Part shown: positions 11,911 through 20,413 of the stretch, in pieces
How positions within the stretch are numbered: position 1 is the first letter of the stretch
How the letters are laid out: every line of letters begins with the position of its first letter
Assembly: GCA_046757565.1 (NCBI GenBank)
Contig: JBHHYN010000005.1
Span: forward strand, 1 to 59,810
Length of the DNA: 59,810 bases
Source of the DNA: Gammaproteobacteria bacterium
GTDB taxonomy: Bacteria > Pseudomonadota > Gammaproteobacteria > Eutrophobiales > Eutrophobiaceae
Direction: 5' to 3'
Program-made: the position numbers and the translations under genes
Notes under the pieces: model-generated
The model's input: only the letters and a program-made list of their open reading frames with translations
Told to the model about the DNA's origin: nothing
Database searches by the model: none

Positions 11911-13629
11911 ATGGCCGTCTCAGCAAACAAGATCAACCTCAGTGGCCTCGCCAGAAAGCTCGTGTTCGATGGATTGCTGGATGAAGCGGCGGCAGCGGAG
12001 CATTTTCAAAAAGCACTTAAGGAAAAACAGCCGTTTGTCTCCTATCTGGTTGAAAATAAACTCGTTGCGAGCAGTGATATTGCGCTGTCCGCCGCACAGG
12101 AGTTCGGCGTGCCCATGCTCGATATCAATGCACTGGAACTTGACATGGATACTGTCAAACTGGTCAAGGAGGACTTGATCAAGAAGCACCACGCTTTGCC
12201 GATATTCAAACGCGGCAAGCGCCTCTATATCGCCGTCTCCGACCCGACCAATCTCCAGGCCCTGGATGAGATCAAGTTCGCGGTGAGTATGAATACCGAG
12301 GCCATTCTGATTGAAGAAGACAAACTGGCGAAAACGATTGACAAGGTCCTGGAAGAGATGGAAGGTGGTCTGGGCGATATGGACGATGAGGACTTTGAAG
12401 ATCTGGATGATCTGGAAGTCGCTGAGGAGGGCAAGCAGGAAGAGGAAGATACAGAGGTTGACGACGCACCGGTTGTCCGTTTCGTTAATAAATGTCTGCT
12501 TGACGCCATCAAAAAAGGTGCTTCCGATCTGCATTTCGAGCCTTTCGAAAAGTATTACCGCGTGCGCTTCCGGATAGATGGGGTACTGACCGAGGTCGCC
12601 AAACCCCCCCTCAGCCTGGCGGGAAAGATTGCCGCCCGCATCAAGGTCATGTCACGCCTGGACGTCTCCGAGCGGCGGGTCCCCCAGGACGGCCGCATTA
12701 AACTGAAACTGTCAAAGACCAAGGCCATCGACTTCCGCGTCAGCACCTGTCCGACCCTGTTTGGCGAAAAGACCGTTATGCGTATCCTCGATTCCGATGC
12801 AGCAGCGCTGCAGATCGACCAACTGGGTTATGAGGATTTTCAGAAAGAGGCCTTTCTGGAAAACCTGCATAAACCCTATGGGATGTTTCTGGTTACGGGT
12901 CCAACGGGTAGTGGCAAAACTGTCTCCCTGTATACGGGCATCAACATCCTCAATCAAATTGATATCAATATCTCCACAGCGGAAGACCCGGTCGAGATCA
13001 ATTTGCCTGGAGTCAACCAGGTCCAGGTCGATGAACGGACCGGCATGACGTTTCCCAAGGCGCTGAAGGCCTTCCTACGCCAGGACCCGGACATCATCCT
13101 GGTCGGTGAAATCCGTGATCTGGAGACCGCCTCTATTGCCGTGAAGGCGGCCCAGACCGGTCATATGGTCATGTCAACCCTGCACACCAATGATGCGCCA
13201 CAGACCCTGACCCGTCTTCAGGATATGGGCATTCAGGCCTTTGCGGTCGCAACCAGCATCAACCTGATCACGGGACAACGGCTGTGCCGCCGGCTACACC
13301 CCGAATACCGGGAACCCTTTGATATGCCCAAAGAGGCCCTGCTGGAAGAGGGGTTTACGGAGGAGGATATTGAGAAGGGGATCAAGCTGTTCAATCCCGT
13401 CACCGGTAACGAGGAGTGTCCCAGTGGTTATAAAGGGAGGGCCGGTATCTATCAGGTGATGCCTATTTCCGATGCCCTGAAACGCCTGATTATCGAGGGG
13501 GCAAATGCCGTTCAACTGGTCGATCAAGCCGCAGCGGAAGGGATATGGGACATTCGCCGCTCCGGCCTGAGCAAAGCAATGCAGGGTATTACCAGTCTGG
13601 CTGAAGTTAACCGGGTCACCGTAGAGTAG
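11911..13629 (+). CDS. pilB: Type IV pilus assembly ATPase PilB
   Basis: 572 aa; ASDLHFEP, PQDGR, GPTGSGKT, EDPVE, LRQDPDIILVGEIRD, STLHTN. Confidence 0.96.
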   Translation: MAVSANKINLSGLARKLVFDGLLDEAAAAEHFQKALKEKQPFVSYLVENKLVASSDIALSAAQEFGVPMLDINALELDMDTVKLVKEDLIKKHHALPIFKRGKRLYIAVSDPTNLQALDEIKFAVSMNTEAILIEEDKLAKTIDKVLEEMEGGLGDMDDEDFEDLDDLEVAEEGKQEEEDTEVDDAPVVRFVNKCLLDAIKKGASDLHFEPFEKYYRVRFRIDGVLTEVAKPPLSLAGKIAARIKVMSRLDVSERRVPQDGRIKLKLSKTKAIDFRVSTCPTLFGEKTVMRILDSDAAALQIDQLGYEDFQKEAFLENLHKPYGMFLVTGPTGSGKTVSLYTGINILNQIDINISTAEDPVEINLPGVNQVQVDERTGMTFPKALKAFLRQDPDIILVGEIRDLETASIAVKAAQTGHMVMSTLHTNDAPQTLTRLQDMGIQAFAVATSINLITGQRLCRRLHPEYREPFDMPKEALLEEGFTEEDIEKGIKLFNPVTGNEECPSGYKGRAGIYQVMPISDALKRLIIEGANAVQLVDQAAAEGIWDIRRSGLSKAMQGITSLAEVNRVTVE

Positions 13630-13635
13630 AAGATC

Positions 13636-14859
13636 ATGGCAGAAGCAGCAAAAGCGGACATATTTGTCTGGGAAGGGACGGACAAACAGGGTAAACGCGT
13701 CAAAGGTGAAATGAGCGGCCAGAGTGATGCCCTGGTCAAGGCCGTACTACGACGGCAGGGTGTTAATCCCCTAAAGGTCAGGAAAAAACCCAAGCCGCTG
13801 TTTGGTGGTGGCGGTGGCAAGGGCAAGATCACACCAAAAGATATCACCGTCTTCAGCCGGCAACTGGCTACCATGATGTCATCCGGCGTGCCGTTGGTTC
13901 AGGCCTTCGAGATTGTCGGCCGTGGCCATGAAAACGCCGGTATGCAGGAGTTGATCCTGGGCATCAAGTCCGATGTAGAAGCCGGTAATTCGCTGGTGGA
14001 TGCACTCAGAAAACATCCGCTTCAATTCAATGATCTTTATTGCAACCTGGTCCAGGCCGGGGAACACGCCGGCATCCTGGAGGCGATCCTGCACAAGTTG
14101 GCGACGTATCTGGAAAAGACCGAAGCGCTGAAATCGAAAATTAAATCCGCTTTGTTCTATCCAGCAGCTGTTATTGTTGTGGCATTTATCGTTGTCACCA
14201 TCCTGATGATCTTCGTGATCCCCCAGTTCTCGGAGCTGTTTGCCAGCTTTGGTGCCGACCTGCCCGCCCTGACACAGTTTCTCGTCGATTCCTCTGACTT
14301 CTTCGTGCAATGGTGGTGGGCGATATTCCTGATCCTTGGCGGTAGCGTCTTTGGCCTGCTGGAATTCAGGAAGCGTTCCGTTGCATTTCAGCAACTTATT
14401 GATCGCTATTCCCTGAAACTCCCTGTGATCGGTATCGTTCTGGAGAAATCGGCCATCGCCCGTTTTGCCCGCACCCTGGAGACCATGTTTGCAGCCGGCA
14501 CCCCACTGGTTGAAGCCATGACATCCGTGGCCGGGGCCTGTGGCAATATCGTCTTCTACAACGCTACCATGAAGATGCGTGATGAAATTTCGACGGGAAC
14601 ACAATTGCAGGCGTCCATGCGCGATACCGGCCTGTTCCCCAACATGGTGGTTCAGATGGTGGCCATCGGCGAAGAATCCGGCGCCATCGATGCCATGCTT
14701 GGCAAGGTGGCCGACTGGTACGAACAGGAGGTGGATGATGCCGTCGAAGCGCTCACCAGCCTGTTGGAACCGATGATCATGGCCTTCCTCGGGGTCGTCA
14801 TCGGTGGCATCGTTATCGGCATGTATCTGCCTATTTTCAAGATGGGTGCCGTCGTCTAG
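13636..14859 (+). CDS. pilC: Type IV pilus platform protein PilC
   Basis: 407 aa GspF-family protein; FSRQLATMMSSGVPL, GEESG, MYLPIFKMG. Confidence 0.96.
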   Translation: MAEAAKADIFVWEGTDKQGKRVKGEMSGQSDALVKAVLRRQGVNPLKVRKKPKPLFGGGGGKGKITPKDITVFSRQLATMMSSGVPLVQAFEIVGRGHENAGMQELILGIKSDVEAGNSLVDALRKHPLQFNDLYCNLVQAGEHAGILEAILHKLATYLEKTEALKSKIKSALFYPAAVIVVAFIVVTILMIFVIPQFSELFASFGADLPALTQFLVDSSDFFVQWWWAIFLILGGSVFGLLEFRKRSVAFQQLIDRYSLKLPVIGIVLEKSAIARFARTLETMFAAGTPLVEAMTSVAGACGNIVFYNATMKMRDEISTGTQLQASMRDTGLFPNMVVQMVAIGEESGAIDAMLGKVADWYEQEVDDAVEALTSLLEPMIMAFLGVVIGGIVIGMYLPIFKMGAVV

Positions 14860-14867
14860 TAGCCCAG

Positions 14868-15186
14868 TTAATAAACTACCCCCGCAGCAAGCTGACGGGG
14901 TATTAACACCGTCATGCCGGACCCCGTATCAAGTACGGGGCAAGCTTATTCCGGCATCCAGTCAAATAGGGTTCCGCTGAAAGCGGACATTATCTCACTG
15001 GATTCCTGCTACCGGCTCGTAGGCCGGTACAAGCTTCACAGGAATGACATCTACGCACGACTGCATGGATGCAGGACGACTCCATGGAAGGAAGAGGTAG
15101 AGAACGTCTGGAACACGTTCTCGAGATAGAACGAATCAGGAGATAGAGTCGAGCAAGCTGAGGGGAATTAAACCCAAAGAGATTAA
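14868..15186. mobile_element. Composite nested repeat element
   Basis: Outer related motifs at 14874-14904 and 15151-15186 (GCAAGCTGA.GGGG) enclose a GTCATGCCGG..CCGGCATCCA / TGGATTCCTG..CAGGAATGAC REP-like pair with further hairpins inside. Confidence 0.65.
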
Positions 15187-15316
15187 ATTTACACCTGACA
15201 GGCCTTATGCGCGGTACGAAAACCGGCTGCTGCACAGATAGTTTGCCTGCTATTCAATAATTCAAACCTGTACGGCTACTAGCATTAAGCGAACATGCCT
15301 ACGACAATGTTCTCCT

Positions 15317-16195
15317 ATGTACCTGCTTGACACCCTGCAAACAACGCCTGCGGCTTTTTACATCACCATGGGTATCCTGGGCCTTATAGTCGGCAGCTTT
15401 CTGAATGTGGTCATTTACCGCCTGCCCAGGATGCTGCAACATGAATGGCAAAGGGAATGCCGTAATCTTCTGGAAATCAATGACCCGGTTACGGATAGCG
15501 CTGAAGAGTTTAATCTGGTGCGGCCGCGATCACGCTGCCCCGACTGTGGTCACAATATATCGGCCTTTGAGAATATCCCCCTTATCAGCTATCTCTTCCT
15601 GGCGGGTAAATGTTCCGCATGCAGACAACCCATCTCCATTCGATATCCCCTCATTGAACTCCTGAGCGGCGCATTTGCTGTCTTTTTATCTTTTCATTTC
15701 GGCTATGGTCTGCAGGCGCTTCTGGCGGCCCTGTTAACATGGGCCCTGCTGGCATTAAGTGTTATCGATTTCGATCAACATCTGCTGCCTGATGACATCA
15801 CCCTGCCGTTTCTCTGGCTCGGACTGTTTGCAAACATGTTTGGTATCTTCACGGATATCTACTCAAGCCTGATTGGTGCAATGGCAGGGTATAGCCTGTT
15901 ATGGGCGGTGTATAAGTTATTTAAATTGGTCACGGGGAAAGAGGGGATGGGTTATGGCGACTTCAAGCTTATCGCCATGCTCGGCGCCTGGCTGGGCTGG
16001 CAGATGTTGCCACTCATCATACTGTTATCCTCCATCTGTGGCGCTGTTATCGGAACTGGAATGATCCTTGTTCGCAGACTTGACAGGAGCAATCCCATTC
16101 CCTTTGGCCCATATCTGGCGCTGGCAGGATGGATCGCATTAATATGGGGTGCGCAGATAACAGGGGAATACAGCAAATGGGCGCTCAGCCTGTAG
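15317..16195 (+). CDS. pilD: Prepilin peptidase PilD
   Basis: GSFLNVVIYRLP, two CxxC motifs, ID..HLLPD, GMGYGDFKL, PFGPYLA. Confidence 0.96.
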   Translation: MYLLDTLQTTPAAFYITMGILGLIVGSFLNVVIYRLPRMLQHEWQRECRNLLEINDPVTDSAEEFNLVRPRSRCPDCGHNISAFENIPLISYLFLAGKCSACRQPISIRYPLIELLSGAFAVFLSFHFGYGLQALLAALLTWALLALSVIDFDQHLLPDDITLPFLWLGLFANMFGIFTDIYSSLIGAMAGYSLLWAVYKLFKLVTGKEGMGYGDFKLIAMLGAWLGWQMLPLIILLSSICGAVIGTGMILVRRLDRSNPIPFGPYLALAGWIALIWGAQITGEYSKWALSL

Positions 16196-16803
16196 GGAAG
16201 CTACTTCGAATAGGCCTGACTGGCGGTATTGGCAGTGGCAAGACGACTGTCTCGGGACTGTTCGCCAAACTCGGCGTTCCGGTCAGCGACGCGGACACGA
16301 TTGCTCACGAATTAGTAAAACGAGGCCGTCCGGCATATGATGCGATTCTCAATGTATTTGGCCCCGGTGTAACCGGGGCGGAGGGTGAGTTACGGCGTGA
16401 CTATTTACGTGAACTCATTTTTAATGATGACAACTTGAGGAAACAGCTTGAGTCGATCATTCACCCTCTGGTACGGGTGGAAATTGAAAAATTTATTGCT
16501 GCTATCGATTACCCATATTGCATTATCAGCATCCCCCTGCTTTTTGAAAGCGGGGCACAAGATACCGTTGACAGGGTCCTGGTCATTGATATACCGCAAC
16601 ACTTACAGATTGCACGAGCAAGCGGCAGAGATAATGTAGGAGAAGAGGATATAAACAGTATCATAAAATCTCAAATCAGCCGTGAGCGGCGTTTGCGGTG
16701 GGCCGATGATGTCATCTGTAATAACCAGGGTATGGAATTTCTGGAAGATCAGGTGAATGCCTTGCACGGGAAGTATCTAAAAATTGCCAAGACAATAGTT
16801 TAA
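16177..16803 (+). CDS. coaE: Dephospho-CoA kinase
   Basis: IGLTGGIGSGKTT, DAD, IIHPLV, IPLLFE; follows pilD; start approximate. Confidence 0.95.
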   Translation: MGAQPVGKLLRIGLTGGIGSGKTTVSGLFAKLGVPVSDADTIAHELVKRGRPAYDAILNVFGPGVTGAEGELRRDYLRELIFNDDNLRKQLESIIHPLVRVEIEKFIAAIDYPYCIISIPLLFESGAQDTVDRVLVIDIPQHLQIARASGRDNVGEEDINSIIKSQISRERRLRWADDVICNNQGMEFLEDQVNALHGKYLKIAKTIV

Positions 16804-16856
16804 TGTTATCCCCTGTCTATCAGGAAATTTACAGTTAACACTCTACAAATATAGTT

Positions 16857-17627
16857 GTGTTGCCTTACATTACATATGAACAACCCTTGAATGAAAGGGT
16901 TCGTACTTTTTTACGCATCGAATATCTGTTTCAACAGGTTGATCATTATGTTACAAGTCCAAGTGAATGGGACTGCCGTTATGCCTTGTCAACCCTTCTG
17001 AATATTGTTGATTTCCTGTCCCGATCCGATATTAAAACGGAAGTTATCAAGGAACTGGAACGGCATGTTACAACACTGACAGCCTTGAAAAAGACTCCCG
17101 GGGTTGATGAACAACGTTTACAGGTTCTCTTACAGGAAATCAATGGCTACTTGGCATCATTACGCGATGGCAGCTATCAACCTGGACAGAGCCTGCGGCA
17201 GGATGAGTTCATCACATCTATCAAGCAACGCAGCACCATACCTGGTGGATCGTGCAATTTCGATCTTCCCAGCTATTACTACTGGTTAAGCAGGCCGGTC
17301 GAGGAGCGAAGCATACAGCTGCGGGCATGGCAACAGGACCTGGACTTAATAAAAAAAAGTATCAGGCTGAGTCTGCAAATGATACGTAACAGTACAAACC
17401 CCAGTGCAGAACAGGCCGTAAGAGGCTTTTACCAGAAACCTATTGAATCCAATATTCCCTGTCAACTAATCAGGGTGATCCTGCCCTCCAAATCGAAATT
17501 TTATCCCGAGATCAGTGGTGGGAGGCACCGTTTTACCGTACGTTTCATGGAGCAATCATCGACCTCTGAAAGGCCCGTGCAAACGCAGGAAACGGTCCAG
17601 TTTGATCTGCATTGCTGCATTTTATGA
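16857..17627 (+). CDS. zapD: Cell division protein ZapD
   Basis: YEQPLNERVRTFLRIE, IPGG.C.FDLP, YPEISGGRHRF; coaE-zapD-yacG synteny. Confidence 0.95.
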   Translation: MLPYITYEQPLNERVRTFLRIEYLFQQVDHYVTSPSEWDCRYALSTLLNIVDFLSRSDIKTEVIKELERHVTTLTALKKTPGVDEQRLQVLLQEINGYLASLRDGSYQPGQSLRQDEFITSIKQRSTIPGGSCNFDLPSYYYWLSRPVEERSIQLRAWQQDLDLIKKSIRLSLQMIRNSTNPSAEQAVRGFYQKPIESNIPCQLIRVILPSKSKFYPEISGGRHRFTVRFMEQSSTSERPVQTQETVQFDLHCCIL

Positions 17628-17812
17628 ATAGCAGATGTCCTGCCTGTGAAAAACCCGTCAATCTGAATCCGGACAATAATTGGCGACCTTTTTGCAGTAA
17701 CCGCTGCAGGCTAATCGATTTGGGCGCATGGTTTGACGGTAACCGTCTAATTCCCGATGAAGAAGTTGATTATCAATATCCTCAGGACGAGGGTTCTCCC
17801 GTCAAACATTAG
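17624..17812 (+). CDS. yacG: DNA gyrase inhibitor YacG
   Basis: CPAC...RPFCSNRCRLIDLGAW zinc finger; ATG overlaps the zapD stop. Confidence 0.93.
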   Translation: MNSRCPACEKPVNLNPDNNWRPFCSNRCRLIDLGAWFDGNRLIPDEEVDYQYPQDEGSPVKH

Positions 17813-18800
17813 CGGCAGCCATGCACATCCTGATTGCGGCCCCAGGGTCCGGCGCTTCCCATATCCCGCTGATCATCGCAACACCCTGCCCGCCCCGTCC
17901 CCTTGCAACCTCAATATCCGTTGGTTGCATGCCCCCTAAGGCATAAACAGGAATAGTTGCCGCACATGCCATTTCTTCAAACCTGTCCCATCCCATCGGT
18001 TCTTTCCCTGGGTGACTGTTTGTCCGGGAAACGGGTGACAACACGGCAAAATCCACACCTATTCTACAGGCATGTTCCAGCTCCAATTCATCATGACAGG
18101 AAGCCGCTACCCAATATTCCTTGGCGAGTGGTCTTCTCTCCTGTTGCAGTAAATGTTTACTTGACAGATGCACGCCATGCGCCCCCAGCCTTAACATCTC
18201 ATCAGGTGTACTATTGATAATCAAGCGACAATGGAACCGGTTGCATAGTTCAACAAGTTCACCCGCTAACTTTCTGAAATAGTATCGATCCGGATATAGA
18301 CTCCTGAGTTGAATTAATTTTGCCCCGGCCTCAAGACAAGTTTTTGCCGTATCCAGAAACCCGTCTCCATGCTCCGTTAAATTCGGGGTAATCAGGTATA
18401 AAGGGGGCAATTTTATAGCACTGATGATGGAATGGTTGGCCCCCGGAAACTTCCTTTCCGAAAGGCCCTCCAGCGATACCCATTCAATTAATTGACCTTC
18501 CCGGCCTGTTACTTCCCCATCCCATTTATCGATAGTCCAGACATCCAGTGTCACGGACTGTAGCGGATAGTCGTGATCGATAACGATCAGGGGCTGCGCA
18601 TGGTGGATGACAAGGTCCAGTTCCTCAAATAACTCCCTCGCCAATGCCTCCTCCACGCCCTCACCGGGCAGCAGTTTCCCCCCGGGAAACTCCCACAGCC
18701 CCCCCTGCGGGACGTCGTCAGAACGCCTGGACAGCAACACTTTATCTCTCGACTTGTTAAAAATGACACCAACTGCGATATGGAGTCTGTCTGGTGACAT
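17802..18800 (-). CDS. mutT: MutT-like Nudix hydrolase fused to a thiamine-phosphate-synthase-like domain
   Basis: Nudix box WEFPGGK...EEALARELFEEL; C-terminal LIQLR, GVHL, ASCH, LSPV..T.SHP, PVYALGG. Confidence 0.88.
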   Translation of the reverse strand: MSPDRLHIAVGVIFNKSRDKVLLSRRSDDVPQGGLWEFPGGKLLPGEGVEEALARELFEELDLVIHHAQPLIVIDHDYPLQSVTLDVWTIDKWDGEVTGREGQLIEWVSLEGLSERKFPGANHSIISAIKLPPLYLITPNLTEHGDGFLDTAKTCLEAGAKLIQLRSLYPDRYYFRKLAGELVELCNRFHCRLIINSTPDEMLRLGAHGVHLSSKHLLQQERRPLAKEYWVAASCHDELELEHACRIGVDFAVLSPVSRTNSHPGKEPMGWDRFEEMACAATIPVYALGGMQPTDIEVARGRGGQGVAMISGIWEAPDPGAAIRMCMAAANV

Positions 18801-18870
18801 ATACTCGAAGAATGTTCCGGTTACAGGTATCAGCCTGTTCTATTCTGTTTGCTCGTTGCCAGATTTCGGA

Positions 18871-20091
18871 TCAGGTCCGGTATTCTGCGTTGATACTCAC
18901 ATACTCGTGGGAAAGATCGCAGGTCCAGACAGTTTCCTGCACGGTACCTCTGCCCAGAGAGATTCTCAAAAAAATTTCATCCTTGGACATTGCCGCCTTT
19001 CCGGCGTCCTCACTATAGTCCTGCGCCCGCATACCCTGATCAACAATACAGACATCATTTAAGTAAATAGAAATATTGGCAATGGCCAGGTCCACCAGAC
19101 CGGAACGGCCAATAGCAGCGAGTATTCTGCCCCAGTTGGGATCGGCAGCATAAAATGCCGTTTTTACCAGCGGTGATCCGGCAACCGCGTAAGCGACTTT
19201 AAGACACTCATCACTGGAAGCACCGGCCTGTACCTCTACAGTAATGAACTTTGATGCCCCTTCCCCATCCCGGACAATGGATTGTGCCAGATGCAGAAAT
19301 ACATCGGTGACTGCGTCTTTCACCAAATCAAACTCCTCGGTATCGGCAGCTTTCAGTAAGGAGGCGTCACTCTTGCCTGTGGCAACTAACACACAGGCGT
19401 CATTCGTCGATGTATCACCATCAACACAGATGCGGTTGAACGACTCTTCAACAGCTTGAGTTAATACACTCCCGAGGAGTTCCCGATCTATCGCAGCATC
19501 AGTAGCGATAAAGGCGAGCATAGTCGCCATATCCGGTCGGATCATGCCTGCCCCTTTGGCAATACCGGTAATTGTTATCGATCGATCAGCAATCGGGATC
19601 TTCCTCGAGACAGCTTTTGGAATAGTATCCGTTGTCATAATGGCCCGGGCGCAATCCGGCCAGTTATCCTCGCCCAGACCGGAATACAAGGCAGGAATCA
19701 CATCACAGATTTTTTCTACGGGGAGATATTCACCGATTACTCCCGTAGAAAACGGCAGCACCGATTCCACTGGACAGCGTGCCATTTCTGCCAGTCTGTT
19801 ACAGACACGAATAGCATCGTCATATCCCTGTTTACCGGTGCCTGCGTTGGCACACCCCGCATTCACCAGACAGTATTTTGCTGAAGCGATCTGTAGATGG
19901 TTGCGTGCAATCTGGACCGGCGCTGCAGAGAAGGCATTCCGGGTAAACAGCGCGGCACAGTTGGCACCGTGCTCGAAGGCAAGCAGGGCGATGTCTGGTC
20001 GGCTCTCCGGATAAATACCGGCCGAACAGGCCGCAACACGCACACCTGAAACAGGTAATATTTTTTCAGGTTCTTTCAGTCCAACAGCCAT
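18871..20091 (-). CDS. argJ: Bifunctional ornithine acetyltransferase / N-acetylglutamate synthase
   Basis: STGVIG, IMTTDT, KGAGMIRPDMATML, DGDTSTND, DGEGASK, PNWGR, INAEYRT. Confidence 0.96.
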   Translation of the reverse strand: MAVGLKEPEKILPVSGVRVAACSAGIYPESRPDIALLAFEHGANCAALFTRNAFSAAPVQIARNHLQIASAKYCLVNAGCANAGTGKQGYDDAIRVCNRLAEMARCPVESVLPFSTGVIGEYLPVEKICDVIPALYSGLGEDNWPDCARAIMTTDTIPKAVSRKIPIADRSITITGIAKGAGMIRPDMATMLAFIATDAAIDRELLGSVLTQAVEESFNRICVDGDTSTNDACVLVATGKSDASLLKAADTEEFDLVKDAVTDVFLHLAQSIVRDGEGASKFITVEVQAGASSDECLKVAYAVAGSPLVKTAFYAADPNWGRILAAIGRSGLVDLAIANISIYLNDVCIVDQGMRAQDYSEDAGKAAMSKDEIFLRISLGRGTVQETVWTCDLSHEYVSINAEYRT

Positions 20092-20111
20092 TAAAAAAGT
20101 CAAAGATGAAT

Positions 20112-20135
20112 AACCCGGCCGCAAGTGACCGGGTT
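20112..20135 (-). terminator. Possible intrinsic terminator or processing hairpin between secA and argJ
   Basis: AACCCGG...CCGGGTT stem followed by a T-rich tract on the minus strand. Confidence 0.35.
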
Positions 20136-20353
20136 TCAGTGTAATGCCTATTCATATCTATTATCGTTACACAACTCAGGAGCAAGCCTCCGATATTTTC
20201 GTTCGTTATTTTTAACTTTTGTTACCTCTGTGCCTCTGTGGTTATTCGAATAGTTAAAATTGGAAACATCCGGCCAGAGGCATTTTAATTTACCCTGCCG
20301 ATTATACGATATTTGGTTGTTGAATTTTGTTCGCCCAAAACTATTCGACCCAT

Positions 20354-20409
20354 ATTTCACTTTTCACTTTTCACTTTTCACTTTTCACTTTTCACTTTTC
20401 ACTTTTCAC
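20354..20409. repeat. Heptamer tandem repeat (TTTTCAC)x7 plus one variant
   Basis: Seven perfect units at 20361-20409 plus ATTTCAC; 4 nt from the secA stop codon. Confidence 0.95.
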
Positions 20410-20413
20410 TTTT

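Noticed and set aside
14860-15316. Possible CRISPR mini-array or tRNA
   Set aside because: No regularly spaced identical repeats, no cas genes, and no cloverleaf or T-arm motif.
17802-18800. Nudix/ThiE-like fusion as a novelty
   Set aside because: A known fusion at this locus in many Gamma- and Betaproteobacteria.
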